From assembly GCF_009914755.1 (NCBI RefSeq), contig NC_060938.1: a stretch of 64,000 nt of DNA. One strand, 5' to 3'. How positions within the stretch are numbered: position 1 is the first letter of the stretch; each line of letters begins with the position of its first letter. Source of the stretch: the human T2T-CHM13v2.0 reference genome, Homo sapiens. The position numbers and the translations under genes were made by a program. Below the pieces are notes generated by a model. It worked only from the letters and a program-made list of their open reading frames with translations. It had not been told where the DNA came from and made no database searches. Below are positions 1-12,543 of this stretch, piece after piece.

Positions 1-113
1 ATTCATGAAAAGCCACCCACATGACCCAATCACCTCCCACCAGCCCCCACCTCTTACATTGGAGATTACAATTTGACATGAGATTTGGCGGGGGATACAT
101 ATCTAAACTATAC
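1..113 (-). mobile_element. MST-family MaLR LTR, terminal fragment (cut by window start)
   Basis: ccaatcacctcccaccag...ggagattacaatttgacatgagatttgg..ggggatacatatctaaactata matches the reverse complement of the MST/THE1-type LTR 5' end (recalled consensus). Confidence 0.8.
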
Positions 114-2187
114 TACACGGCATGTGTTCACCGGGCTATTCCATCCACACTGAAGCCCGGCAGGTTGACCAAGTCTTAAAGATTAGTCAGGCTTACTTAC
201 TCATGCCTATATACACTACCTATAGCATAAGTTTAATTAATCACTCAAAAATCACACATTGAAAATCTATTATGGTATATAACATATGATATTAGTATAT
301 TATATATACTAATAGTTATCTGATGTTCTGTTACAAAATTATATTACAAAATATAACAAATAGTCAAGAGATAAGATCACTCTTGAAATATATGGTACGC
401 TGTTATTGACGAAATAGCTAAAGGAATTTATTTTTTTCTTCTCAAGAAGCAATACCTAAAGATTAATTTAAAAACAGTAGTTAAGTAGTTGGTTCAAGGT
501 TGAATAAGAACAAAATAAGGCGTGGCTATCTATGATTTCCTTTTTAGCCTCTATGGAGTAGAATAACTAAAATCATAGATAGCTATTAAACGGCACGTAA
601 AAATATTCCTGAGAACAACAGAAGCCAAACGTAGGGAACATTCTCTGGATAAAGAAAGAAATGGAACAAAATATATTAATAAAATTGTCCTTCCCTGCAA
701 GTGAGAAATTAGACTAAATGTTTCCTCTTTACAAGCGTTGTTGGCATGACTCCACCTAACACTAGTTGTTTTCCTATATTGTACCAAAAAGTAAATGCCT
801 TAGGAAGGAAATAATTGATAACATTTAAGAATAGTTAAAATTTTGCTGGTGTACAAGTCTAATGGTTCAATAGAACTATTAAATATTTGGGTTAATATTT
901 TTCTTATGATCATGTGATTCCAATATAAATTATGTAGCTGAAAAGGCTGATAGCTCTGGCACACAAATATTTACCTCCAGTGCTGTGATTTTACAGGTGT
1001 TAGGATGTGATGCTACAACTTCATATCATTTTTATACTTTTAAATTTTTATATGCTTAAAAAAATACTTTAATCCAACATCTTTTGACAATTTTGCTTTG
1101 CTATTCACTAACGTGGATGAAGTTTCAGGCATTTTGAACTTTTACCTTCCCCAGGGGTTGTCTGGGGCTTGGACAGCTGAGACCTTTTTATTTTTGAGGG
1201 GCCATGAATATACTAAATCATGTATTTGATTTAAAGCTCTGAGGTTTAAAATAAAGTGTGAGACTCTTAGTGCTAGGGAGCTTCTCAGCATGAGCAAAAT
1301 TTAGTAATAATAGAATGGATGAGCCACAACAGGTCCGAAGCTTAGCATAAGTAAGTATGCAAGATCTTGTATGCTTATTCTAACTTCTTTATTTTGGAAA
1401 TGAACCAAGAACACCCTCCTCTGGGGGATTACCAGTATTCAGTAACTCAGTAGTGGTGAGAAAAATTATGAGAATCTGATTGCCATGTAACCTTCTTAGC
1501 TGTTAGCCCCAATTGCCATCACCATGCAGTTTCAAGAGTGTTTTCAGTTCACAGCAACGCAGGTTTCCAGTTTGTTCATGATTCTCAAAATGATTCAAGA
1601 GACTTCTTTCTAAGTGTATTTTCCATTAATATGATGTATCTTTAACTCCTTTTCTTTTTACTGTGCCTGCCTTCTCAGTAGGAACTCTTCTGTCAGACAT
1701 CCAACAAAATCATATTTTAATCACATTTATAATGTCCTCCTGTAGTTGGGGAATAGCAGACATTGAACTGACTGACTTAAAGGTGAAAGAGAAAATTAGG
1801 CTTTGCCTCCCTTAAAGCAGGAGTACATTCCTACCATAATGACATTTTCAGATTGCTCTGCACTTATAAATAACACCAGTTCACATCAGGTATATGCACT
1901 AGGCAGTCCTTCTCCAAGTGATGAAACAAATTCTTCTCCACACAACATTCAATAATCCAGTATCCAATTCTTTTATTTCTATTTGTGACCTATAACTCAA
2001 ACATGCCAGAGTCTGTATGTAAAGTAATTAAAATGAAATAGAATTGAGGTTAAATTAGTCCCTTTGCAAAGGATCCATTTTGGCAGTATAAATAACATGT
2101 AACAGATTTGTGTTAGATGCACAAAATAGGCAGAAATTTAAGAAAAGATAACATTTTATATATTAGCCTAAATTAAAGTAAGAAATA

Positions 2188-2290
2188 GAGGAGAGAATGA
2201 GAGTAAGAAAGTGTGTGTGTGAGTGTGTGTGTATGTGTGTGAAAGAGAAAGAGAAAGAGAGAAAGAGAGAGAAGGAAGAGATAAGAGAGA
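2188..2290. repeat. (TG)n / (GA)-rich compound microsatellite
   Basis: Direct reading: gtgtgtgt followed by gaaagagaaaga runs. Confidence 0.85.
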
Positions 2291-2849
2291 ATAAGTTACC
2301 TAAGAGCATTGGCTCTGTAAAGTTTAGTGGATAAAAGATTTGAACCAAGTAAGAGCAAATTTTTAAAAAATTAGCACTTTTTATGGAAGAAAACCCATAA
2401 TCCTAGACACTGAGACATCACTGAAATTGCTCCATTTTGATATTCTGTGAAACAGAACTAATGATTTCAAAAGCTTGAGTCTTTCCTGTATATTACAAAA
2501 AGAAAGGGGTGGAGAAGGAAAATCAGATCAAAGGAAAAGGATGAGAAGTTCAGTAATCATTGAACCTTAGGAAATCAGGAACCCCAGAAAAAAATCAAAC
2601 CTGAATGTACATGGCACAGAGACCAAACAACATTCACAGTTTCATTTGTTAATGCTATGTAACTCATGTATCTACTATTAGATACATGAAGAGATATATC
2701 TTATTTCAGAAAAAAAATGAGATTAAGCATTAATTATCATCAGAACTTCAGTTTAACAAATTTTCTTCTTTTTCTTTTCTAGACTGTTCTAATAAGCTAT
2801 TAGTTGCCATTTGGAAGTCAATAACAGCCTTTACAAGTATATAATCATA

Positions 2850-3219
2850 TATGTTATTCTGGGCTGCTATGACAGAATACCATAGATTAACAATAGAACA
2901 GTGACTTAAACAATATAAAATTGTTTCTCACAATTCTAGAGGCTAGGAAGTCCAAAATCAAGGCCAGGAAGATTCAGTGTCTGGTGAGGGCCTACATCAT
3001 AGTTTGCAGGTGGCTATCTTCACCTTGTATTCCCATTTTGTCTAGAAAGTTATCATCTCTCTCATGTTTCTCTTCATAAGGGCACTAAACTCATTGTTGA
3101 GGGCTCTGTCCCTATGACGTAATCACCTCTCAAAGTCCCCATTTCCTAATTCATCACAATGGGAGTTATTATTTCAATATAGGAATTTTGTGGGGACACA
3201 AATATTTGGTCCATAGCAC
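2850..3219 (-). mobile_element. MLT1A-type MaLR solo LTR
   Basis: gggctgctatgacagaataccatag...ttctcacaattctagaggctaggaagtccaaaatcaagg...ggggacacaaatatttggtccatagca are MLT1A/MST hallmark segments in reverse orientation. Confidence 0.8.
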
Positions 3220-3639
3220 ATGATTTTTAATAGTTATAATTCTTATCATTCAGGCAATACTTTATAATAGATTTTTAGCTTTAGAGGCAGAAATGATATC
3301 GTGTTTTACTGCTGACCCATAGATGGGTTAGAATTTTTAAATTAATGACTAATTTGTGAAGACTTTACAGTAACTAATTATTCCCCATGTATCTATATAA
3401 AATCTGCAAGCAGCTTGGGACTAGTAGTCATGTTTTACAATTTTTCATTGTTGTTTCCATGACAACCCCCATAGTGCAAGATAAAAAGTGGGGATTTATG
3501 AAACATATTGCATTCTCTATTAGAATAAAGATCTAGTATTATAACAAATAGATAAAGGAAAAAACTTTAATATGCATTTCTTATTGAATTATTTCCCAAA
3601 AATATGCTTCTGATCTTAAAAAATAATTAAACTTACACA

Positions 3640-3873
3640 TCCAAGCAAGCTGGAGTAACAGGAAACAAATTTACCTCTTTGCCTGAAATAAAAAACTAAA
3701 AAACGATACAGAAGAAATTATGAAACAATGGTTTTTATACATGTGAAAATAACTGGTGCAAGATAATAATTCCCAAGAGAAGGGAAATTAAGTTATGTGG
3801 ATCATTTATCCTAGGCTAATGGCTAGAAAGTGTTTTCAATTCACAGTTCAGAGAGAGGAAACACACAACACAC

Positions 3874-3962
<89 letters not shown>

Positions 3963-5840
3963 CCTAGCAGTTACCCAAAGTGAATAAGATAGAGTTTTAA
4001 GTCCTGGGAGGTCAAGGCAGGTAGAATTCATAAGATAGAGTATTGCAGAAAACATTCCGCAAAGAGAATGTTATAGAAATCTTCAGAGTGATCCTCATTA
4101 GTCTTTGGCTGAATACAGATTAATAGATGGATATATGGAGACTGAGTTCAGAAAATGAAACAACTGAAAGGATGAGAGGCCCAATTCCACAGAAAGAACA
4201 CTGGACTGAGAGTAGTCTGTGTTCTCACCTGCCATAGGTGTAAAAATACCTGTGAATTCCTGAGATGTTAGTAAGAATACTCAGATGGGTATAGCCTCAT
4301 TAGAGCAGAAAAATAGCCTTAGGGTAAGGGCTACTCTGAGTCTACCTAAGAAAGCTTATATCAAGCATTAAAAGGATCAAAGTGTTCCCAAATAACTTAA
4401 CTCTATCCCAGAATAGAGTTCAAGAATATTTATAGAAAAGAAAAATATCTAACAGCCAACGATGTAAGATTCCAATGTCTGTCATCAAATACAAAAATTG
4501 CCAGGAGTGCAAAGAAGCAGGAAATACAGCTCACTATGAGAAAAAATATAGCAATTAATAGAAACAGACATGAATTTTATAGGCAATATCATTAATAGGC
4601 AAGGGCACTAAAATATTTATTAGAAGTATGTAAGATATGTTCAAGAATATAAAGAAAAGTTTAAGCAGAGGAATGGAAGACATAAAACATAAAAATTAAG
4701 CTTCTAGGATGAAACCTAAAATATATGAGATGGAAAATATATTGAATAGAATCACACCTGATGAAGCACTGGAAAAGAAAAGGTTATTGAAATTGAAAAC
4801 ATGCCAGATATTATGCAAAATAAAACAGAAAAATAAATTGAATATTAGTAAGTTCTAGGAAAACTTTAATTAAGCTAATATAGTAATTGGAATCCCCGAA
4901 GGAGGTAAGAGAGAAGAGGAACAGAAAAAAATACGAAGATACACTCACCGAAAATTTCCCAAATTTGATGAAAACCATAAACCCACAGATTTAAGCTCAA
5001 TGATCTCCAAGTCTGTAAAACAAGAAGAAAACCACAAAGCAACCCTAATGAAGTTACTTAAAACCAGTAATGAAGAAAAAATCTTAAAAACAAACAGGAA
5101 AAAATACATTATCTAGAGTATCAAAGATAAGAATGATAGCATACTTCTTGGCAGAAACAATATAAGCTAGAATACAATGGAGAAACATCTTTAAAGTAAT
5201 GAGAGAGCAAAACTGACAATGTAGAATCCTATACCCAGTAAAAATAGCTTTCAAAAGTAAAGGTAGAAAGAAAAAACATATTTAAAAAACTGAAATAATG
5301 TAATCGTATCAAAGCTGAAATAATTTAATGTTATTATTAATATTAAAGATTAATATTTAATAGTATCAATTATAAGCAATATTAAGAAAGTCTATTTAGA
5401 AGAAAAAATAATATCAAATGGAAATCTGAATCTGCATAAAAGATTAAAGAACACCAGAAATGATAGATACAGATACAGACATAAAATTTTAATTTCTATG
5501 TAATAACTAACTGTTGAAAGAGAAAATAGGAATGTATTGTAATGTTTGTAAGACACGTAGAAGTAAAATTGTGAGAAAAATAGCACAGATGTCATAAAGG
5601 GGACTACAACTTGTCCCGTTGTAAGTTTTTTACACTCTATATAAAAAGATGCAAAATTCTGTAAAAGGAGATTGTGATGAATTCAAGAGATATACTATAA
5701 ACCATGAAGCAACACTAAAGTACCATGACAAAAATTTACAACTACTAACTAGTAGAAGAAAATATTGAATCATAAAAATATTTAATTAATCCTAAAGGTG
5801 ACAGAAGTAGAGAAAAACAAAGGAACAAAAATCATATAGG
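3640..5840 (+). mobile_element. Ancient L1 (L1M, MC/MD-like) 5' region with decayed ORF1
   Basis: About 4885-5010 translates to IGIPEGG...ENFPNLMKTINPQI, matching L1 ORF1p RRM motifs. 5160-5260 reads WRNIFKV...RILYPVKIAFKSKG. Strongly A-rich. Boundaries approximate. Confidence 0.75.
3861..3960. repeat. (CA)n(GA)n compound microsatellite
   Basis: Near-perfect CA run joined directly to a GA run; this explains ORFs 3795..3983 and 3816..4055. Confidence 0.95.
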
Positions 5841-5844
5841 GTCA

Positions 5845-6080
5845 CCAAGTCTAGAGATCTAATGCGTAACATGAGGACAATAGTTAATAAAATTGTACTG
5901 TACTAGCAATTTCTGCTAAATAAGTAGATTTTAGCTGCTCTTCCCACAAAAAAGGACAGCTATGTGAGATAATGGATATGTTAATCTGCTTCATTTTAGT
6001 AATCATTTTACTGTCTATCTGTCTCTTGTAACATCTTGTTGTACACCTTAACATACACAATAAAGTTTATGTTTAAAAAA
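5845..6080 (+). mobile_element. L1MA-type 3' end fragment inserted in the older L1
   Basis: tctagagatctaatg..aacatgaggacaatagttaataaaattgtactg...gtagattttagctgctct...atggatatgttaat...aataaag plus an A tail: L1MA 3' UTR. Confidence 0.75.
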
Positions 6081-6092
6081 TTTTAAACATTG

Positions 6093-6382
6093 TTTTTTTT
6101 TTTGAGACAGAGTCTCGGTCTGTCACCCAGGCTGGAGTGCAGTGGCGTGATCTTGGCTCACTGCAACCTCTGCCTCCAGGTTCAGTCGATTCTCCTATCT
6201 CAGCCTCCTGAGTAGCTGGGACTACAGGCGCCCACCATTACACCCAGCTAATTTTTGTATTTTTAGTAGAGACGGGGTTACACCATGTTGGGCAAGATGG
6301 TCTCGATCTCTTGATCTCATGATCCGCCTGCCTTGGCCTCCCAAAGTGCTGGGATTACAGGCGTGAGCCACCGAGCATTGCC
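6093..6382 (-). mobile_element. Alu (AluS-type), full length
   Basis: Poly-T, then gagacagagtctcggtctgtcacccaggctggagtgcagtgg...gggattacaggcgtgagccacc. TSD aaaaaattttaaacatt / aaaaaatttaaaacatt. Confidence 0.95.
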
Positions 6383-6409
6383 AAAAAATTTAAAACATTT
6401 TAAAAAGAT

Positions 6410-6687
6410 TATGTGGGACAAGTAAAAACCAAATAGTAAGATAGCAGTTTTATGCTTAACCATATTAATCTTGACAGTAAGTGAAAATAGTGTGTCATGA
6501 TTAAAAGGAAGATAATTTTAGATTGAATACAAAAGAAAAACCTAACTATATGCTGCCTAAAAGAAATCCATTTTAAATATAAAGATAAAATAAGTAAATG
6601 GTAAAGGAATTTAAATATATATACCGTAGCTAATACTAATTAAAATAAATTAAAATCATGCTGGAGTGGCTACATTAATATCAAACT
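6410..6687 (+). mobile_element. Continuation of the ancient L1: start of ORF2 endonuclease
   Basis: Remnant translation PNYMLPKRNPF / TICCLKEIHFKYKD...AGVATLIS corresponds to the L1 EN motifs ICCLQETH and AGVAILIS. Confidence 0.75.
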
Positions 6688-7200
6688 ATGTAACTGTGAA
6701 ATTATATATATATATATATATATTCTTTAGAGAGAGAGAGAGATAATAGATGATAGATAGATAAATAGGCAGATAGATAGATCTTTGCCCTTGCTTCCTG
6801 AAACATAGCTTTTAAAACTCTTCCAGATAGTGGTGTGGGAAGAATCCATTGATAAAATTTTTCATCTTTGATCCTGGGTTTCTGTTACAGAGTTACAGAA
6901 TTTTTTTGAATTTCTGGATTGATAGGAGTGTCTTTTGTTCTAATGGTTCTTGATGACTCTTGGTGGGCTCTTAGATGGGAGCTCATCACCAGAAAGGCCA
7001 AGCCATAATTAGAAGTTGGGAATTTTCAGCCCCACTTTTCATGCGCTTTTGGAAGAAGAGAGAGGCTGGAGATTTAGTTAATAATAGATTATGCCTATGT
7101 GATGAAGTCTCCATGAAAATCTGTAAGTTGAAGGGAGTGTAGAGAGCTTATGGGTTGCAGAACATGTGGAGGTGCTAGGAGGGTTGGGGATGGAGAGCAG
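6688..7200 (+). mobile_element. MER21-like LTR (partial) with internal (TA)/(GATA) expansion
   Basis: gaatttctggattgataggagtgtcttttgttctaatg...ccagaaaggccaagccataattagaagttgg...tatgcctatgtgatgaagtctccat..gaacatgtggaggtgctaggaggg resembles recalled MER21B/C. Confidence 0.65.
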
Positions 7201-9120
7201 AGGTAGGGATTTTAAAGACAGGTGTGAGGGAACTTACACCCACACAGAGATGGGCTCTGATGTGCACACACAGTAAGAGCTCAAATAAGTCCTTGCACCC
7301 ATGTGATGACCATTGGAGCTGCTCCCTCTCCCAGGCAACAGCTAGTCTCCATCTGTTCTTGCCTTATGTCTTTTTAAGAAGTCCCTGAATAGAAAAGTCT
7401 TATGCTTAAGCTCAAACAGGGTGTTCTTTATTAGCTGAACTTTGGAATAAGAGACAGAAAAAGAGCTGAAGTCATGTACCTCAAGCCAACTCCATAATTC
7501 ATATGGGCACAAAATATTCCAGAGATCACAGCAGTTCAAGCTACACATAGCAGTAACTCACCAAGTCAGGTTTTTTAATTATCTCAAAAACGTGAATCAA
7601 CACTGAGTACTATCAAAAGCAAAATGAATGTACATTAATCACAGAATATTTTAGTCACATGGCATCTTTCATCCCAGAAAAGGTCACAACCCATGGGTCT
7701 GTTTCTCATCACACTTAACCTGAGGAAACAAGAGAGCAAGTAGCTTTGAAGAGATTGAATGGGAAAATGTTGAGTGTTTAATCTAGACAGGGCTACACAA
7801 TTGTTGCAAAAAGCAAATGCTTTCTCTTACTGGGTCTTGTTTCTAGAGTTGCCGTATTTGCTTCCCCCCAGTGATAAAGAAATGGACAACAGCTTATATG
7901 TATGTTCATTAAGAACATGGGTGAAAAGTCTTGAGAGAAACTTATAACTAGTATATTTTATAGTATATACACTATAGTATATACCAGAATATTTTTATAG
8001 TATATATATTACAAAATAGACTACCTAATAGAATATTATTAAAATTATTATTATTTCTGCCAAAAATGAGTATGTTTACTATACTGAGTACTTGATTTAT
8101 TATTTCTGGCAATACATTCATGGGAAATCAAGCACACTATGCATCACTCATGGTACTGATGAACTGATGATTTAGACTAAACAGATCATTATTACCTTTT
8201 CTTGCTCTTCAAACTGGGGTCTGGGTAAAATATTATCTATTTCTTTCTACCTTCATGGTAAAATGAGCCAAAGGAAAGATTGAGGCATAATAGAAAAATG
8301 CTATTCTCCTGAGGCATTACATTTTCTACAATAAATATTATCCAATCGTTTTTTCAGATAAAAGCATTTATTTTCAAACAATACTCACTAAAACTTTTGT
8401 ACTTTTAAATATTTACTCCAAGCCTTCTGCAAATAAAGAAGTATTTTCCCTCAGTAAATCAAATTCTCTGTTGAGTTTCTGAATTGCTTTCATTACTTAT
8501 ACATATTAGAATTTCATTCCAGGATTTCATTGTGAAAAAATTATTGAAAAGTATTTGAAAATTGTTCTATTAAAACAAAGATGCATGTGATAGTAGAAAA
8601 AAAGCATACATTCATTTGCTTTTACAGGTCAATGAAAATTTGAAAGAAATTTTGAGTGTTATAGCTCTTTTATAATTTGTCTAGTGGGCTTTCTGTTTTT
8701 TACGAGAAAGTCCTCCCAAAAAATTGTTGAAAAAAAAGAAGTTGTGTGCTTATCCCCAAAATAAATAACTCACTCTTCTCAGCCTTTTATTATTCTGAGT
8801 GAGACTTCATTTGAATTTTTTAAATAAAAGCAGAAAACTATGATTCTTTAGTAAATGTGGGGATAAGACAGTAGGTTGGCTACATATTTATTCTAAAATA
8901 GTTAATGGGCCCTTACCCTGATGTAGGGCAAATGGTAAGTGCTGGGATTGCTTCAGTGCCTGTTTTAGAGTAGATTTCAGGCTATAGAATGGGATAGAGA
9001 TGTAAGCAAATGCCGTTATGACATTTTCTGGCCAGTCACACACCATAAAATATATTTTTCTGATTTTAATTAAAATGTAATTTAACATTTATTTCCTCTG
9101 TGGCGATGGTGATGTCATAG

Positions 9121-9547
9121 TGAGGTAGGGGACCAGTAGGACTTAACTCCCGGACCAGATTGAAAACTGGCTAAAACTGACAAGGGGCCCTGAAAGCAAC
9201 GCCTGCTTCTTGTTGCTGCCCATCAGCATAAGACCTTCCCACCAGCGCCGCAACAGTTGACAAATTCCATGGCAACACCCAGAAGTTACCGGCCATTTTC
9301 TAGAGATTTCTGAATAACCCATGTCTTAATTTGCATGTAAATAAAAGTGGGCATAATTACAGCTACCGAAAAGCCATAGAAGTACCCCTAGGCTCCTTTT
9401 CTCAGTGCAGTGCCTATGAGCTAGCCCTGTTCTGCAATGAGCAGTCACAGAACTGTAACACTGCCACTTCAATAAAGCTGCTTACTTCTACCACGAGCTT
9501 GCTCTTGAATTCACTCCCAAGTGAAGCCAAGAAGCTGCCCTACATCA
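9121..9547 (+). repeat. 5' LTR (MER66-like)
   Basis: Starts tgaggtagg and ends ccctacatca; AATAAA at 9471-9476; homologous to 17964-18377. The family name is from recalled similarity (ccatggcaacacccagaagttacc, gtgaagccaagaa). Confidence 0.9.
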
Positions 9548-9548
9548 C

Positions 9549-9566
9549 TGGCATGTCAACCAGTAG
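9549..9566 (+). promoter_or_regulatory. Primer-binding site, degenerate, closest to tRNA-Arg
   Basis: tggcatgtcaaccagtag starts 1 nt after the LTR and matches 13/18 to TGGCGAGCCAGCCAGGAG (complement of the tRNA-Arg(ACG) 3' end, from memory). Confidence 0.6.
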
Positions 9567-11009
9567 CTTGAGAAGAGGTGGCGAAAGGCAGCGAGGTAGG
9601 GAGAGTGGACAAATGATGAGATGTCAGCAATAGGAGATGGTCAGCAAAGCAGGAAGACAACTGGCAACCCAAGCTCTGAGGGTTGTAGTATTGAGTCTGT
9701 AACATCAAAGAGCTGCTAATACTGAAGAGCTGGAACACTAACCAAAGGCTCTTTTCAGGGCTGTCATCTTTCCTGGCAGGTGGTGGAGCCAAGCTAAAGG
9801 GCAAGTGGCCACACTACTGCTGCCTTGTGGAGGACTCACTGTTCTGGCTGGTGAGTGATGGGTCTGCACTGTGGTCTACCCGTGGCAGCTGAGCCTATCC
9901 AAGCTGGGGGGTACCTGAGGAGACCATCACCCAGTTCTCATGTTGGAGACTGGTTGACACAATTTTGGCTCTTGCAGGTGAGTGTCCTCTCTGCCACCCC
10001 CTTCAATATCAGGTGAACCAGGAAACAGAACCTCTGTCTAGGTGATCAATTTAAAGTCCCCCATCATTTGGGTGCCCTGGACAGAGGCATATTTTGCCCC
10101 ATCCCTCAATCCTTTATTCTCTAATGCCATTTTATTATTCCGCCAGCCATTTTATTTTCTGCCCTGGATATGTATTTCATTTGCAGTAATTTTGTTTTCA
10201 CCCCCTGCAAGCTATATTTTGACAAACGTTTAAGGCAGGACCTTTATTTGTGAGAGGTGCCCCAGTTTATTGACTCCAGGACACTGGAGTTATGTTGTTT
10301 TGTGACCCCAACTTGGCATTTGGGGCTCACTGTTAGCCCCCACTGGATGTTCTGGAGTTTTCAGCCTTTGGTGAGGAGACACTCATTGGCTCTTACTTGG
10401 TTGCTCTGGGTTTTTTGACAGTGGTACTGTTGTCCACCCTGCTGGATGCTCCAGGATTTTCAGCACTGACATTCCCTCTAGAATTGAGGGGAATTTCCCC
10501 ATTCCCTTTGGGGAATCTTGGTGTCACCTTTTTTGGCCTGAAGTTAGAAGTTGTTATTTTCTCTAATAGCCAGTTGTGGGCCCCTCCCTTGTGCTGTCTT
10601 CCTTTCTGTCCAATAAACTGCCTTGTTCAAGCCCATCTTGGTTAAAGGGGCCAGGGTTTTTGGTTTTCTTTTCAGTTTCTCTGCTACTGGGAGAATTCCA
10701 TGGCAAGTCAGGGTCTTCAACGTCTCCCCTTGAATAATGTTGTTCACCCCTTCCCTTTCTGCCTTCCACAATCATCTTCTGTTTCTTTTGGTCCCTCTTT
10801 GTGAAAACTAAGATGCTTGCTTTTCTCTCTGCAGCATTTAGATTCATCATTCTACTGCCCACTCATAGTGCATAATCCATTTTTGTAAAGCTTTGATACT
10901 TATACTTACACTTTCTTTGCAGAAGATGGGAATTTAAAATGGAAAATAACTAGGCTTTCATTAGACTTAGGCAAACTAAAAACAATTTCTGTAGAGAACC
11001 TTATTTCAT

Positions 11010-12543
11010 ATGGATACAACAGCGAGCATCTTAGAGGATTTGCCACTAGTGAGTCTTTGAGGCAACTGGAGCAAATTCAAATTAGATGGTCTAAAGAGGA
11101 AAAAAAAACAAAAACATTTTCTATTGCAACACTGTTTGGGTCCAATACAAATTAGAGCACAAGAGGTTGGCCTAAACAAGGTTTTTAAAGTTATAATGCT
11201 ATTTTACAATTAGACTTACTCTGTAAAAGGATAAGGAAAATTGGGAGAAGTTCCTTATGTGCAGGCTTTAATGACTTTCTACTGGGATTCTGACTTACAG
11301 GATAGCTGTATGATGTGTCTGGCTCATGATACTCCCAGGCACCTAGAATTTGTCTCAGATATCCTAGATGACTGTCTCCTATCTGCTTCCCCAGAAGGTC
11401 TACACTCCCTTCAAAGCTTCCTCAGTCCCCTAGTTCTGAGAGAGGACCCACAGGTTATCTTGCACAGGATTCCAACCCAAGGTGATCAGGCACCCATCTC
11501 CCTTATATAACTAGCCCTAGCCTATAGCTCCCACTGCCTGAGGAAATCAGCCCAACCAGTACCACCAGGAGTGGGTCCCATATCAGCCCTTAAAATTGAA
11601 GTTGTGTTCATTGTGGGAGGTAGCCAGTGGAGATGGGGGAACACAGAGTGTACGCATCTTTTTCCATGTCCAATTTGGCTTTATGCAAGGGGAAATTTGG
11701 CTGGTTTTCAAAGGATTCAGGGAAATTTACAGAGGAGTTTATTAAGTTGACCATGTCCTTTGATTTACCTTGGCATGGGTTGCAAATATTATTATCCACC
11801 TGCTGTACCAAGAAGAGAAAAAAAAAAATTCTAGGTACTGGCCATAAAAGTGCAGATGGAGTGGCCACTCACAACCAAGGCCATGACATTTATCATACTG
11901 GGGAGATGTAGGTCAGTGGGATTACCAGAGGGTTTCCCAAGATCTCAAACCACAGAAATTACATGCTAACTTGTTTAGTAGAATGTATGAAAAATTGTGT
12001 GGATAAGCAATTAATTATGACAGTTAGAGAAGTCAGGGGAGAAATGAAAATCCTGCTGTGTTTCTGGGCTGCTTGGTTAAGGCACTCAGGAAGTATTCTA
12101 ATGTAGACCTTGACTGCCCAGAGGGATGAGCTCTCCTGGACACATATTTTAATACTCAATCTGCCCCTGACATTAGGAGGAAATTACAAAAGGCAGCAGT
12201 GGATCCCCAAACCCCCATGAGCCAACTCTTAAGCATGGCCTTTGGAGTTTACAACAATAGGGGTAGGGGGGAGGAAGAGATAAAAACCAAAATAAATAAC
12301 CCAAAAGTGCAATTGTTAGCAGTTGCTTTAAGCGCTCTGCTACCTCAAATTTACCTATACTGAGGATATGTTTCGAGATTGGCATCTGGAATGCCCAGAC
12401 AAGAGCCCCTGACTCACCGGGCCCTGGGCCAAAATCAATGTGCCTTCTGTGAGGAAGAAGGCCACTGGAGGAAGGACTATCCCTGGCTTAAAAGGGAGTC
12501 TGAGCCACCCAGATCCATAATAACCAAGAGAACAGAGGACTGA
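11010..12543 (+). pseudogene. gag: ERV gag (disrupted)
   Basis: MDTTASILEDLPLVSL*GNWSKFKLDGLKRK...FYCNTVWVQYKL...LQLDLLCK..GEVPYVQAL (MA). ENPAVFLG (MHR, ~12050). Zinc knuckle CAFCEEEGHWRKDY at 12439-12480. TGA at 12541-12543. Confidence 0.92.

Noticed and set aside
7200-7440. Possible additional LTR fragment after MER21
   Set aside because: The composition is suggestive, but I could not match it to a family or define its ends.
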